Counted from the first letter of the stretch, positions 1 through 10,410 are shown. The stretch: 16,934 nucleotides of DNA from an uncultured Deinococcales bacterium (GCA_964244895.1 CAXTKV010000111.1:1-16934), one strand, 5' to 3'. Made by a program: numbers and translations. Notes: a model not told the origin generated them from the sequence alone.

Positions 1-658
1 CGATCTTGTTCTGGGACTGTTCGACCTGAACCTGCAACAGCGCCAGGGCTTCATTTTTGGCGCGACTTGATTGCGACAGGCTGGCCTGAGCCTGCTGGAA
101 GTTGGCTTCGGCCTGCGCCAGGTTGGCCTTGCTGGTTTCCAGATCGGTCTGGGATAGGCCACCGATCTTGTAGACGCTCAGGTTGGCCTCGTAGGTTTTG
201 CGAGCCTTGTCGAGGCTGATCTGGGCGCTTTCCAGGGATGACTGGTTTTGCGTGGTGGTTTCCGGTGTCTTGCGCTGGCTGGTCGAGAGGTTGATCTGCG
301 CGGTCTTGAGCTGCAATTGCGCATCCGTCAGTTGCTGGCGAAGGCTGGTGTCGTCGAGCTTGAGGATCGTCTCGCCCGCCTGAACCTTCTCGCCCTCGCG
401 CCGGAATACCGTCACGACCTGACCGCTGGTCTGCGCGGCGATGCTGCTGTCCACGGTCGCCTCGAGCGTGCCGCTGACGGAACGGCTGGTGGTCAGCGCG
501 CCCGCGTTGACGGTGATCGCCCGGACTGAGGTGGGCGTCTGGGTCGAGGCGACGGGTTTGGTCGCCGCGTCGGTCTGGCCTTGCGCGCTTGGGCGCGTGC
601 AGGCGACCAGCGTCAGGGAAAGCGTGAGCGCGAGGATGACGGGTGCGTTTCGTGGCAT
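1..658 (-). CDS. Efflux periplasmic adaptor subunit (HlyD/MFP family), lipoprotein; truncated by left window edge
   Basis: Not in the ORF track because it is open at the edge. Manual translation from ATG 658 gives MPRNAPVILALTLSLTLVAC (lipobox), then SGTLEATVDSSIAAQTSGQVVTVFRREGEKVQAGETILKLDD (lipoyl/barrel-sandwich half-motif), then a long Gln/Ala coiled coil. It lies downstream of two TolC-like genes. Confidence 0.9.
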   Translation of the reverse strand, partial: MPRNAPVILALTLSLTLVACTRPSAQGQTDAATKPVASTQTPTSVRAITVNAGALTTSRSVSGTLEATVDSSIAAQTSGQVVTVFRREGEKVQAGETILKLDDTSLRQQLTDAQLQLKTAQINLSTSQRKTPETTTQNQSSLESAQISLDKARKTYEANLSVYKIGGLSQTDLETSKANLAQAEANFQQAQASLSQSSRAKNEALALLQVQVEQSQNKI

Positions 659-752
659 GGGAAACTCTCTTTCGAACTCGAGCTGGACGGTTTGCGGCGG
701 CACTGGAAAACGGTCTTGGGTCAGGATTTGTGGTTTTGATTGCGCTTTTTTG

Positions 753-794
753 CGTCCTGGACGGTGCTAAAGAATGCGAACACCGTCCAGGACG
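753..794. repeat. REP-like inverted pair (perfect 14-bp stem)
   Basis: CGTCCTGGACGGTG (753-766) and CACCGTCCAGGACG (781-794). Each arm has its own CGTCC-W-GGACG palindrome. T-runs flank it on the + strand. Confidence 0.85.
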
Positions 795-807
795 GTTTTT
801 TTGGTGA

Positions 808-1878
808 TCAGCTGGCCGGAACCAGACCCGCCACGTCCGTGCCGGACGCGGTCGAAAGGGACGCCAGGGCGCGCCAGTACGAATCCACCGACTGCGTGTA
901 CGTGAACTGCGAGCGCAGCGTCGAGACTTCGGTCTGCTGCAACTGCACCCTCGAGATCGTGCCGCTCTTGAACTTCGTCTGATCCTGGCTCAGGCTGGAA
1001 TTGGCGTTGTCCAGATTCTGCTTGGCGATGCGCACGTTCTCGAGCGCGTTCGAGACGCTGCGGCTGGCGTCGCGCAACTGCGTCACGGCGTTGGATCGGG
1101 TCGTGTCCAGCGTGCGCTGCGCGTTTTCCAGGGTCGTCTTGGCGTCGCGCAGCGTGGCGGGCGGGGTGTAATCGTTGTCCGAAAGCCGCACGTTCAGGTC
1201 AGCCAGTTGCACGCTCTGCGCGGCCTGCAGGACGCTCGGCAGGCGGGCCTCGAGCCCTTTTTCCAGGGTACCGATGTCAAATTTGACTTCCTTGAAGGCT
1301 GGCGGTGCGCCGACCGTCAGGTTGCCCGCACTGCTGGTGCCCAGGTAGACCTCGAGCCGGTTCGAGAAGATCGGCAGGTTGGCTTTGGCGTCCGCCAGGC
1401 TTTGCTTGCTGGACGACAGCGTGCTTTCGGCTTTGCTGACATCGAGCGCCGTGCCGTTCTTGGCGGCGAGTTTCGCCTTGGCGATGTCCAGGTTGCGCGA
1501 ATCGAGCGCGATCTGCGTCTCGAGCACCTTGATGTTTTCCTGGCCTTCAAACAAGTTCAGGTACGCGCCCAGCACGCCGCTCACGACTTCCAGGCGTTTG
1601 GCGCTCAATTGGACGGTGTTCAGCGTGGCCGTGTTGCGGGCCTGCGTCAGCGTCACGACCAGCGTGCTCGGGTCGGCTTCCTTGGCGGCCAGATCGGCCT
1701 GTGCGTTTTTGAGTGTGGCCACCGAAGAGGCCAGGTCTGGGCCTTTGGTGAAGGCCTGCTGAATGGCGTTCGTCAGGGTCAGCGCGGCGGTCTGGCCGAA
1801 CGCCAGTCCCGCGGTGGCGCTCAGCGCAAGGACACTCAAGAGCTTCTTGGATGGGAGAGCGAGCGTGATTGGGTTCAT
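808..1878 (-). CDS. TolC-family (OEP) protein, short form apparently lacking beta-barrel segments
   Basis: 356 aa with signal peptide (...AGLAFG|Q), LTLTNAIQQAFTKGPDL start, and two OEP repeats (AKLAAKNGTALDV; KFKSGTISRVQL). The start overlaps the upstream stop (ATGA, 1875-1878). Confidence 0.85.
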   Translation of the reverse strand: MNPITLALPSKKLLSVLALSATAGLAFGQTAALTLTNAIQQAFTKGPDLASSVATLKNAQADLAAKEADPSTLVVTLTQARNTATLNTVQLSAKRLEVVSGVLGAYLNLFEGQENIKVLETQIALDSRNLDIAKAKLAAKNGTALDVSKAESTLSSSKQSLADAKANLPIFSNRLEVYLGTSSAGNLTVGAPPAFKEVKFDIGTLEKGLEARLPSVLQAAQSVQLADLNVRLSDNDYTPPATLRDAKTTLENAQRTLDTTRSNAVTQLRDASRSVSNALENVRIAKQNLDNANSSLSQDQTKFKSGTISRVQLQQTEVSTLRSQFTYTQSVDSYWRALASLSTASGTDVAGLVPAS

Positions 1879-3227
1879 TCGGTGGCTCCTTGAGGGACGA
1901 GTTTGAAGGTTCCGATGGCGTTTTGCAGTCTGTAAACCGCGATCATGGTCGTGGCGGTGGCGCTCTCGAGGTCGCGTTGGGCTTGCAAGACGTTGACAGT
2001 GGCTTGTTGCAGGTCAATCGCAGTGTTCAGACCGGACTGGTTGCGGGCGGTCGCCGTCTCGAGGGTTTTTCTGGCCGTCTCGAGCGTGCTCTGAGAGACC
2101 TTGATGCGCGCCCTGGCGGTGATCACGTCGCTGTAGCGTTGTGCCACGTCCAGGGCGGCGGCCCGGCGGGTCGATTCCAGGCTGGCCCTGGCGTTGTCCA
2201 GCCCGGTCTGCGCCGCGTTGATGCGCGCGTCGCTCGATGGCGCGAGAATCGGAATGTTGGCCGAAACCGAGACGCTCACGCCGGTTCCGGTCGTGCTGCT
2301 CGAATTGTTGTTGAGCGGAACGGTTCCGGTCACGGATGCATTCCCCGTCTGGAAGTTCAGGCTGGTCTGTACGCTCGGGCTGCCGAGTCCGCCCGCCGTC
2401 AGCTGCCCGTAGCCCAGGTTGACGCTCGCGTTCGGCAAGAATCGGTCGCGCTGGGCGCTGCTGAGCGAGTCCTCGGCGTCTTGCACGCGTGAAATGGCCT
2501 TGAGCACGTCCGTCCGCCGTTCCAGTGCGGCCCGCGCGAGCGCTTCCGGTGTTCCCTGCGGCGGCTCGAGTTCCATCGGGGCGGTGGTCAGTTTGGTGCC
2601 GTTGGCGACACCTAAATTCGCCAGGTTGATCTGCAACGTGTTCTGCGCGGTCAACAGCGTCGATTGCGCCGTAGCCAGCGTCTGCTGGGCGCTCAGCAGA
2701 TCGGTCAGGGCAATCTGACCGTTGGTGTATTTCAGGTTCGCCACCCGCAGTTGCGCCTCCGCGAGCTTCTGGTTGGCGCTGGCGACATCCGCGTCCAGCC
2801 CCGCCGTGCGCGCGTTGAAATACGTGCTGAGCGTGGTTAAGGTCAGGCTGTTGCGCGTATCGCGCAAATCCAGCGCCGCGCGTTCAAAGGCGCGCTGGGC
2901 GCTGCGAATGCCGTCGTAGGTGGCCGACCACGGCAGCACGGAGGCGCTGGCGGTCACGGACAGTGAAGCCGCTGCGTTGGCATCTTTGGTCGAATCCGTC
3001 GGTTGGGTCAGGTTGTAGTTGCCGCCCGCCGAAAGGTTGATGCCCGTGGCGGCCTGCGCGGTCTCGAGGCTGCGTTGGGCGTTCTGGTAGGTCAGCGTCG
3101 CGATCTGCCAGTCCGGTGTGGCGCGCAGGCTCACGAGCGCGTTCTCGAGGCTGAACCCCGCGTCCTGAGCCAATGCGGCGCTGCCCAGGCACGCGAGCAG
3201 AGCGAATTTGAATGTTCGAGCGGTCAT
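1875..3227 (-). CDS. TolC-family outer membrane efflux protein
   Basis: 450 aa with signal peptide (SAALA|Q), FSLENAL start, OEP motifs KYTNGQIALTDLL and RNQSGLNTAIDL, and amphipathic beta segments. GGGAGGAA SD at 3236-3243 (minus strand). Confidence 0.9.
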   Translation of the reverse strand: MTARTFKFALLACLGSAALAQDAGFSLENALVSLRATPDWQIATLTYQNAQRSLETAQAATGINLSAGGNYNLTQPTDSTKDANAAASLSVTASASVLPWSATYDGIRSAQRAFERAALDLRDTRNSLTLTTLSTYFNARTAGLDADVASANQKLAEAQLRVANLKYTNGQIALTDLLSAQQTLATAQSTLLTAQNTLQINLANLGVANGTKLTTAPMELEPPQGTPEALARAALERRTDVLKAISRVQDAEDSLSSAQRDRFLPNASVNLGYGQLTAGGLGSPSVQTSLNFQTGNASVTGTVPLNNNSSSTTGTGVSVSVSANIPILAPSSDARINAAQTGLDNARASLESTRRAAALDVAQRYSDVITARARIKVSQSTLETARKTLETATARNQSGLNTAIDLQQATVNVLQAQRDLESATATTMIAVYRLQNAIGTFKLVPQGATE

Positions 3228-3316
3228 CAGTTGGGTTCCTCCCTGTGGGACAGACTGAACGAAGTTCTGCGAAAAAGCTGAGCGCGGTTCGTGAACCCGG
3301 TGTGAACGGCAGTCTG

Positions 3317-3371
3317 TTGACTGACCGTCAGTTCAGTCGAGTGAATATACACTAGACTGACGGTCAGTCAA
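3317..3371. promoter_or_regulatory. Two palindromic repressor operators (TetR-family-like), ACTGAC-N-GTCAGT
   Basis: TTGACTGACCGTCAGT (3317-3332) and its exact reverse complement ACTGACGGTCAGTCAA (3356-3371). One overlaps the -35/spacer and the other lies just downstream of the predicted +1. Confidence 0.8.
3344..3371 (-). promoter_or_regulatory. Sigma70-type promoter of the efflux operon
   Basis: Minus strand reads TTGACT (3371-3366), 16 nt, TATATT (3349-3344), pointing at the first tolC-like gene. Confidence 0.7.
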
Positions 3372-3802
3372 TTCGATGTCAGCTACATTTCCTCTCCCTT
3401 CTGGACAGTACATTTCCTTCAATGACGGGTTGCGAACGCAAACCGAACGCTGCTTTCAACGCCAAAAGTTTCACGCCCCAATGGTTTACGCGCCAGAATC
3501 CCGAACGGTTTCAGACTTGTTCATCTTCACGACCGCCGTCAGGTTCCGAGCCAGGAATAGGTGGCCAAGCCGGAACCAAACAGTTCCACCCGACCATCGC
3601 GCGATCTCGTCCCGAGGCCAATATGGACTGCGTTCGATTGGATGTCGTCAGTCGAAAGGACCAACGCTCGAGCATCGGGCGCGCTCGCGTTCGTACCCGA
3701 GACGCTGCCGCGATCCCCGCCCCGAGACGCGACGCACCGAGGGATGGTTTTTCGTGCTCGCGCGAGACAAAATGCGCGTATTTCGTCAATTCTGATCGAC
3801 AC

Positions 3803-3865
3803 AAAGACCGTCCAGGACGAGATGAATCGCGTTTTTAAGCGATATTTTGCGTCTGGGACGGTTTT
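3803..3865. repeat. REP-like inverted pair downstream of thiolase
   Basis: ACCGTCCAGGACG (3807-3819) and CGTCTGGGACGGT (3850-3862), same family as 753-794. Confidence 0.75.
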
Positions 3866-3909
3866 ATTCGACTTTGAAAACGTGTAAAAATTGCTTCTCG
3901 AGGCGCGGT

Positions 3910-5085
<1,176 letters not shown>

Positions 5086-5113
5086 GTCACCTCCGAATAC
5101 GTTGCGTGCCCGA

Positions 5114-5122
5114 ATTCTAGCA
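5114..5122 (-). promoter_or_regulatory. Extended -10 element (TGCTAGAAT) for thiolase
   Basis: Reverse complement of ATTCTAGCA, about 30 nt upstream of the ATG. Confidence 0.5.
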
Positions 5123-5221
5123 CCGGGGTTTTCGGCTGAAATGGGTGGTTCAGGTGCAATCATTCCCCATTTGAATGCTGCAGACGGCGCGTTCTCACGC
5201 GGTACTCGTACACTCGGGGCG

Positions 5222-8200
5222 GTGAGCGCCGCGTCTCTCGAGATCAAACTCTTCGGCGGTCTGGAACTGCGCGGGTCGGATGGTGCGCCGCTCGCGCTGC
5301 CATCGAGGGTCGCGCGTTCGTTGCTGGCGTACATCCTGACGCACCGCGACCGATCCCACCCGCGCGAGCGACTGATCGCCGTGTTCTGGCCGGACTTGCC
5401 CCAGCAGACGGCGCGCAGGCGGCTTTCTCAGGCGCTCTGGCGCATCCAGCAGGTACTCGGTGATGGTGTTCTTGAGGCCGATGTCTTGGCCGTGCGACTG
5501 AACCCGAGCGCCCCGATCCGGCTCGATCTCGAATCTTTCGAGGCTGCGTTCGGCATTGACCAGACCGGCGCGATTTCCACAGGGCTCTCCTCGGAGCGCC
5601 TTTCACAAGCGATCCAATCGTTTCGTGGTGCGTTCCTGGACGGACTCGACGACGACTGGGTGCTCGAGGCCCGCGAGGCGTTCCGCGAACAGTACCTGGT
5701 CGGCCTGGAGCGCCTCGGTAGGGACGCGGAAGCCTTCGGCAGTTTCGATCGCGCCCTCGAACTCGCCCGCCGGGTGGTGATTCTGGAGCCGATGCGGGAA
5801 CAGGCGCACCGCGAAGTCATGCGCTTGTGCCTGATTCTCTCTCGTCCGCGCGAAGCCTTAGAGCAGTACGAGCGCTGCCGCCGGGTCATGCTCGAAGAAT
5901 TCGGCGAACAGCCCGACGCGCAGACCAGGGGTCTTTACCAGCGCATCCAGATCGGTGAATCGAGCGCACAGCCCGGAACCTCACCCCTAGAGGTCGGCGC
6001 CAGCCTGCCGATGGTCGGGCGAGAGCGCGAGCGCGGCCTGCTGCTCGAGCACCTCGAGATGGCGCGTACAGGCCGCGGCGGGGTGGTGATGCTGGAAGGG
6101 GAACCCGGCCTGGGCAAGACCAGGCTTCTGAACGAACTCGCGCAGGATGCCGTCTGGCGCGGCTTCGAGGTCAGGTGGAGCCAGGGTCAGGAATGGGTCG
6201 CGCTCGAGCCCTACGCGCTGGTGCGGCAAGCCATAGAAACCGGACTGACCCCGATCCGGGCGGAACTGATCGCCGCGCAGCTCGAGCGCACGTGGTTGTA
6301 CGAGGCCGCGCGGGTCATTCCAGCTTTTGCAGCCTTTCAGAACGCCTCGCTGCCGCGCGTGCCACTCGAGGCCGAGCAGGACGGGACGCGATTGCGCGAG
6401 GCGCTCGTGCAGACCTTGAAGTCGCACGCTGCCGCCGCTCCGCAGGTCGCGATCTTTGATGACCTGCAATGGGCGGATGAGGCCAGCGCGGAGCTGCTGG
6501 TGGCGCTCGCCAGACAGCTTTTTACGGAATCGGTGCTGGTCGTGCTCAGTTACCGGCTGGACGAGGCCCGAGAGCGACCCGCCGTCTGGAATGCGCTACA
6601 GGCGATCGATGGCAGTTTTTGCCGAGCCAGGATCGCCCTCGAACCGCTCTCGAGCGCCGAGACGGGACAGCTCGTTCGTCGCGCGCTCGGTTCGGCCTCC
6701 GAGACGCCGTTCGCGCAGCGCCTCGGCGCTGAAGCCCAGGGGAATCCTCTTTTGGTTCTCGAAACGCTTCGGGCTGTGCTCGAGCACGGCGGTCTGGAGG
6801 ATGACCGGACGGAGCTTCCGCTGCCCGCCACGGTACGCGAGGTGATCGTGGCTCGCCTGACGCGGCTTTCGCCGCCAGCCCGAGCCGTCCTGGACGCAGC
6901 GGCGGTCATCGGTTCTAGCCCCGATGTCGAGCTCTGCATCGCCGCGAGCCGCCAGAATCCGACTGACACGCTCGCGTTGCTGGATCAGCTCGTTCGGCGG
7001 GGATACCTGGCGGAAAGCCCGACCGGATTGCGCTTCACGCACGACAGGCTGCGCCAGATCGTCTACGGCGAACTGATCGAGACCGACCGCCGCGCAATTC
7101 ACCGCGCCGTCGCTGAGGCGCTCGAGCGCCGATCCGACCGGGCGTTCGAGTTGCTGGCTCGACATTTCGACGAAGCGCTCGCGTGGGACAAGGCGCTCGA
7201 GTACCACCGCCGTTCGGCGGAACGCGCCATCGGGCTGCAAGACTACCAGGGCGCGCTGGTTCACCTCGACCGCGCGCTCAGCCTGGCCGATCCCCTCGGG
7301 TTGGATCTGGAAGAACGCTACGCGCTGCTCGAGCGGCGCGTCGAAGCGCTGGGCGTCCTGAACCGCCGACCCGAGCACGCGGCTGACCTGGAACGGATGG
7401 AGCGCCTGGCCGAAGGGAATCCCGTCCGGCTCGGGCGCGTCCGCTGCGGTCAGGCGCGTTTGCTGGTGGCCACGGGTCAATTTCAGCAAGGGAGCGACCT
7501 GGCCAGAACGGTGCTCGAAGATGCGCACGCCCGAGTCGATCACCTTCAGCAGGCCGACGCCCTGCGCGTGCTGGCGACGGTAGCGACGCGCACGGGGCGC
7601 AGGATCGATGCGCTGCCCATGAACCGCCAGATCGTCGAACTCTACCGGCTGGCCGAACACCTTCCGAGGCTGGCCACGGCGCACCGCTCCCTGGCGCAGA
7701 CGCTGATGCTGTTGCAGCATCTCGACGAGGCGCACCGCGAAATCATGGTTGCGCTCGGGCTTCACCGAAGGCTCAAAGACCGGATCGGAATCGCGGCGGA
7801 TGTGGCGGTACTCGGGCATGTCTGGCGATTCCGGGGGCAGCTCGCGCGCGCGGTGGCCTGCTACCGATTCGACCTCCAGACCAGCCGATCCATCAAGAAC
7901 CGCACCGGTGAGGGCTCGAGCCTGATCAACCTGGCGCAGGTCAGCGCTCGGTTGAACCTGCTCGGAGAAGCCATCCGGTGCTACGCGCAAGCGGTCGAGG
8001 TGTTCGCGGCGATCGACGACCCCGAAGGCGAAGCCAGCGCGCGGTACAACCTGGCGAGCTTGCAAGCTGGCTGGCTCGGGGATCACCAGGGGGCGCTCGA
8101 AAATCTGGAGGCGGCGCGAAGTTTCTTTGGGCGCGTGGGTGATGCCAACGGGCTGGCGTACTGCCTGCTGATCGAGGGAGAGATGGCGCTGGATCTCGAC

Positions 8201-9043
8201 GAGTACGACCGGGCGAGCGAGTTGCTGAACGACGAAATCCTTGTTTCGCAGACCCTCAAAAACCGCTGGTTGGGTGGACAGTACGACACGACCCTGGCGG
8301 AACTCGAGATTCGAAAAGGTCATCCCGAGCGCGCCCTGTCGCGCATCGAACGCGCCGAGGAACGCTGCCGGAGCCTGAAGTTGGACGCGCTTCTGGCCGG
8401 TCTGGTCGCCGCTCGTGCGGAAGCCCTGCTGGCGCACGGTCAACCCGAGGCCGCCTTTCGAGCGACCGCAGATCTCGAGGACGCAGATTTCAAGCTCGAG
8501 TTCGTGCGCCACCGCGCCCTCGTTGCGCTCGGACGCGATGCCGATGCGCTGGCATCGCTCGACAGAGCCCACGCCAGTCTGATGCGCGCACTCAGTGGAC
8601 TCGCGCCGGAGGATCGACGACGAAGCCTCCAGCGCATCTCGAGCCACCGCGCCATTGTTGAAGCCTGGGAAAACGCGCACCTCAAACGCGTCACCGCGCG
8701 CCTTCCACGGCTCGGTGCGCCGACGGGTCGGGGTTTGCGCGACGACGAGTACGTCGAGGTCAGCTGGACGCTCTTCTCGCCCGAAGACGACACCGCGCTC
8801 GACAAGGCGCTGCGTCGGCAATCGCAGCTCGCGCGCCTGCTGCGAGAAGCCTTTGATCAGGGAGCCGCACCGACCGTAGAAGACCTCGCGCGCGCGCTCG
8901 AGGCGAGTCCCGCGACGCTCAAACGCGACCTTTCTGCCTTGCGTCAATCCACGGGGCGGGTTCGAACCCGCGGGACGCGAACGCCCGAAACCGTGCCATC
9001 CATCGATCGCCCGGAGCCCCTTGAGATCCCCGTTTCGCGCTGA
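5222..9043 (+). CDS. Large SARP-family regulator: winged HTH + BTAD + STAND AAA ATPase + TPR + C-terminal DUF1670-like HTH
   Basis: [11 protein letters not shown]...RSLLAYIL...[11 protein letters not shown]...[11 protein letters not shown] (SARP N-terminus); [13 protein letters not shown] (BTAD); MVGRERE, Walker A GEPGLGKT, Walker [32 protein letters not shown]-like helices; terminal [20 protein letters not shown]...TRG. Start placed at in-frame GTG 5222, 7 nt after TACACT. Confidence 0.88.
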   Translation: MSAASLEIKLFGGLELRGSDGAPLALPSRVARSLLAYILTHRDRSHPRERLIAVFWPDLPQQTARRRLSQALWRIQQVLGDGVLEADVLAVRLNPSAPIRLDLESFEAAFGIDQTGAISTGLSSERLSQAIQSFRGAFLDGLDDDWVLEAREAFREQYLVGLERLGRDAEAFGSFDRALELARRVVILEPMREQAHREVMRLCLILSRPREALEQYERCRRVMLEEFGEQPDAQTRGLYQRIQIGESSAQPGTSPLEVGASLPMVGRERERGLLLEHLEMARTGRGGVVMLEGEPGLGKTRLLNELAQDAVWRGFEVRWSQGQEWVALEPYALVRQAIETGLTPIRAELIAAQLERTWLYEAARVIPAFAAFQNASLPRVPLEAEQDGTRLREALVQTLKSHAAAAPQVAIFDDLQWADEASAELLVALARQLFTESVLVVLSYRLDEARERPAVWNALQAIDGSFCRARIALEPLSSAETGQLVRRALGSASETPFAQRLGAEAQGNPLLVLETLRAVLEHGGLEDDRTELPLPATVREVIVARLTRLSPPARAVLDAAAVIGSSPDVELCIAASRQNPTDTLALLDQLVRRGYLAESPTGLRFTHDRLRQIVYGELIETDRRAIHRAVAEALERRSDRAFELLARHFDEALAWDKALEYHRRSAERAIGLQDYQGALVHLDRALSLADPLGLDLEERYALLERRVEALGVLNRRPEHAADLERMERLAEGNPVRLGRVRCGQARLLVATGQFQQGSDLARTVLEDAHARVDHLQQADALRVLATVATRTGRRIDALPMNRQIVELYRLAEHLPRLATAHRSLAQTLMLLQHLDEAHREIMVALGLHRRLKDRIGIAADVAVLGHVWRFRGQLARAVACYRFDLQTSRSIKNRTGEGSSLINLAQVSARLNLLGEAIRCYAQAVEVFAAIDDPEGEASARYNLASLQAGWLGDHQGALENLEAARSFFGRVGDANGLAYCLLIEGEMALDLDEYDRASELLNDEILVSQTLKNRWLGGQYDTTLAELEIRKGHPERALSRIERAEERCRSLKLDALLAGLVAARAEALLAHGQPEAAFRATADLEDADFKLEFVRHRALVALGRDADALASLDRAHASLMRALSGLAPEDRRRSLQRISSHRAIVEAWENAHLKRVTARLPRLGAPTGRGLRDDEYVEVSWTLFSPEDDTALDKALRRQSQLARLLREAFDQGAAPTVEDLARALEASPATLKRDLSALRQSTGRVRTRGTRTPETVPSIDRPEPLEIPVSR

Positions 9044-9183
9044 GTGAATCGCTCGAACCGTGACGCGGTGGGATTCGACGAATGCGGCGACCAGTGGGCG
9101 ATACGGGTGCGCTCGGGATGTACGCGAAGCGCGAGTGCGAAATTGATCCGCGTGGAACGGTGTTCTTGCGACCTCAAACTGAG

Positions 9184-9204
9184 AAATACCGTCCTGGACG
9201 CAAA
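9184..9204. repeat. Single REP-like unit
   Basis: AAATACCGTCCTGGACGCAAA matches the family consensus in reverse orientation. Confidence 0.7.
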
Positions 9205-9385
9205 TATGAAGAGGCGCTCACGGACGCTCGTTTTTGCGCGGAGGCTCGAGGACGTGCGCGCTCGTGCCAGATTCCACGGCTCGAACGAGGCTCCAACCGA
9301 CGGCTCATTTTGCGTAGACAGCCGCGAGAGACCCCGCGCCTAGCCTCGATGCAGCCCCGCAGTCGCGGGCGCAAAGGGAGGCGCG

Positions 9386-9865
9386 ATGAAAAAACGAACG
9401 ATGAGAAAACTGTTGATCTCGCTGGTGGTGGCTGGAAGCCTGCTGGCTGGAGGGTCGCAAGCCCAGTCCGCCTACGCGGGTGGCGGCTTGGCGCTCAATC
9501 TGGTCACCGGGACGCTGCTGTTCGGTTTCGATCTCCAGGTCGGGTCTGACGACTTGTTCACCAAAGACTTCGGCGGTCGCTTCGACGCGCAACTGTTCGT
9601 CACACCGGGTTTCAATCTGGCGCTGGGTCTGGACGTGTACGGTCGCTTTTTGACTGGACGGATCGCGCCTTACCTCGGTTTCGGCGGCCAGATCGTACCG
9701 ACGACCGACCCGCTTTTGTTCATCGTTCACGGGCTGGCGGGCGTGGATTTCCGGATCTCCAGGCCCGTCAGTCTGTTTCTCGAGCTGACGCCTGGGCTGG
9801 CGATTCAGGGCGGAGCCACGGCGTTCGATATCGGCATCAATCTGGGTGTTCGAGCGCGGTTCTAA
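9386..9865 (+). CDS. Small outer-membrane beta-barrel protein (probably about 8 strands)
   Basis: Signal peptide (GSQA|Q), alternating Gly/hydrophobic strands, C-terminal LGVRARF with terminal Phe (BAM-type signal). GGGAGG SD at 9376-9381. Confidence 0.8.
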   Translation: MKKRTMRKLLISLVVAGSLLAGGSQAQSAYAGGGLALNLVTGTLLFGFDLQVGSDDLFTKDFGGRFDAQLFVTPGFNLALGLDVYGRFLTGRIAPYLGFGGQIVPTTDPLLFIVHGLAGVDFRISRPVSLFLELTPGLAIQGGATAFDIGINLGVRARF

Positions 9866-9905
9866 AGACCACTCGCAGCGAATCGAGATTCAAACAGGAG
9901 GCACC

Positions 9906-10364
9906 ATGAAGAATCGAATGGAACTGAAACTGCGATTGCTGGTGGTCCTGAGTGCGACCGCCGTGGGATTGACCTCTTGCCCTGGGGGTTCGGCGGGGCA
10001 ATCGGGCATTTCCGGTCAGGTCACGGCTCCCCAGGGTGGCACGATCAACGCGACCGAAGTCGCCGCGTGTCCAGTCAGCGCGGGCTCGTTCAGTTGCGCG
10101 AACGCGAAGTCCGTCACGCTCAGCGGGACGGGCGCGAGCGCAGCCTTCCAGCTCAAGGATTTGACCCCCGGCCAGTACGTCGTGGTCGCGATCAAGGACG
10201 CGAACGGTTCGGGATCGCTCGATGTTGGGGATTGGTACGGAACCTACCCGACGCCGAATTCACCCACGCCGGTCACGCCACCTTCGAGCAACATCAACTT
10301 CCAGATGGGCGTGATCGCGTCGGCAACGTCCATTCAGGGTCTGGGCGGACTCGTCGGTCGTTAA
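9906..10364 (+). CDS. Lipoprotein with beta-sandwich domain and Dx[DN]xxG Ca-binding-like loop
   Basis: AGGAGG SD immediately before ATG 9906; lipobox LTSC; ISGQVTAP...LTPGQYVVVAIKDANGSGSLDVGDWYG. 152 aa. Confidence 0.8.
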   Translation: MKNRMELKLRLLVVLSATAVGLTSCPGGSAGQSGISGQVTAPQGGTINATEVAACPVSAGSFSCANAKSVTLSGTGASAAFQLKDLTPGQYVVVAIKDANGSGSLDVGDWYGTYPTPNSPTPVTPPSSNINFQMGVIASATSIQGLGGLVGR

Positions 10365-10410
10365 GCTCGGGCGCGCCCGGTCGGGCCGGGAACCGGGCGC
10401 GCTCGAGCTT
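10363..10410. terminator. Strong GC hairpin after the lipoprotein gene (probable terminator or mRNA 3' stabiliser)
   Basis: AAGCTCGGGCGCGCCCGGT / ACCGGGCGCGCTCGAGCTT form a 19-bp stem with one G-U pair. The U-tract is weak. Confidence 0.6.

Noticed and set aside
3376..3887. ORFs of 97-139 aa in the long spacer
   Set aside because: Mutually overlapping, Arg/Ser-rich, no domain resemblance, and several run through the REP-like pair.
6596..8947. 783-aa antisense ORF within the regulator
   Set aside because: Shadow ORF typical of high-GC codon usage, with no recognisable motifs.
5222..9043. STAND ATPase as an Avs-type anti-phage system
   Set aside because: The N-terminus is a SARP wHTH-BTAD rather than a nuclease, TIR, SIR2 or protease effector, and the context is not a defence island.
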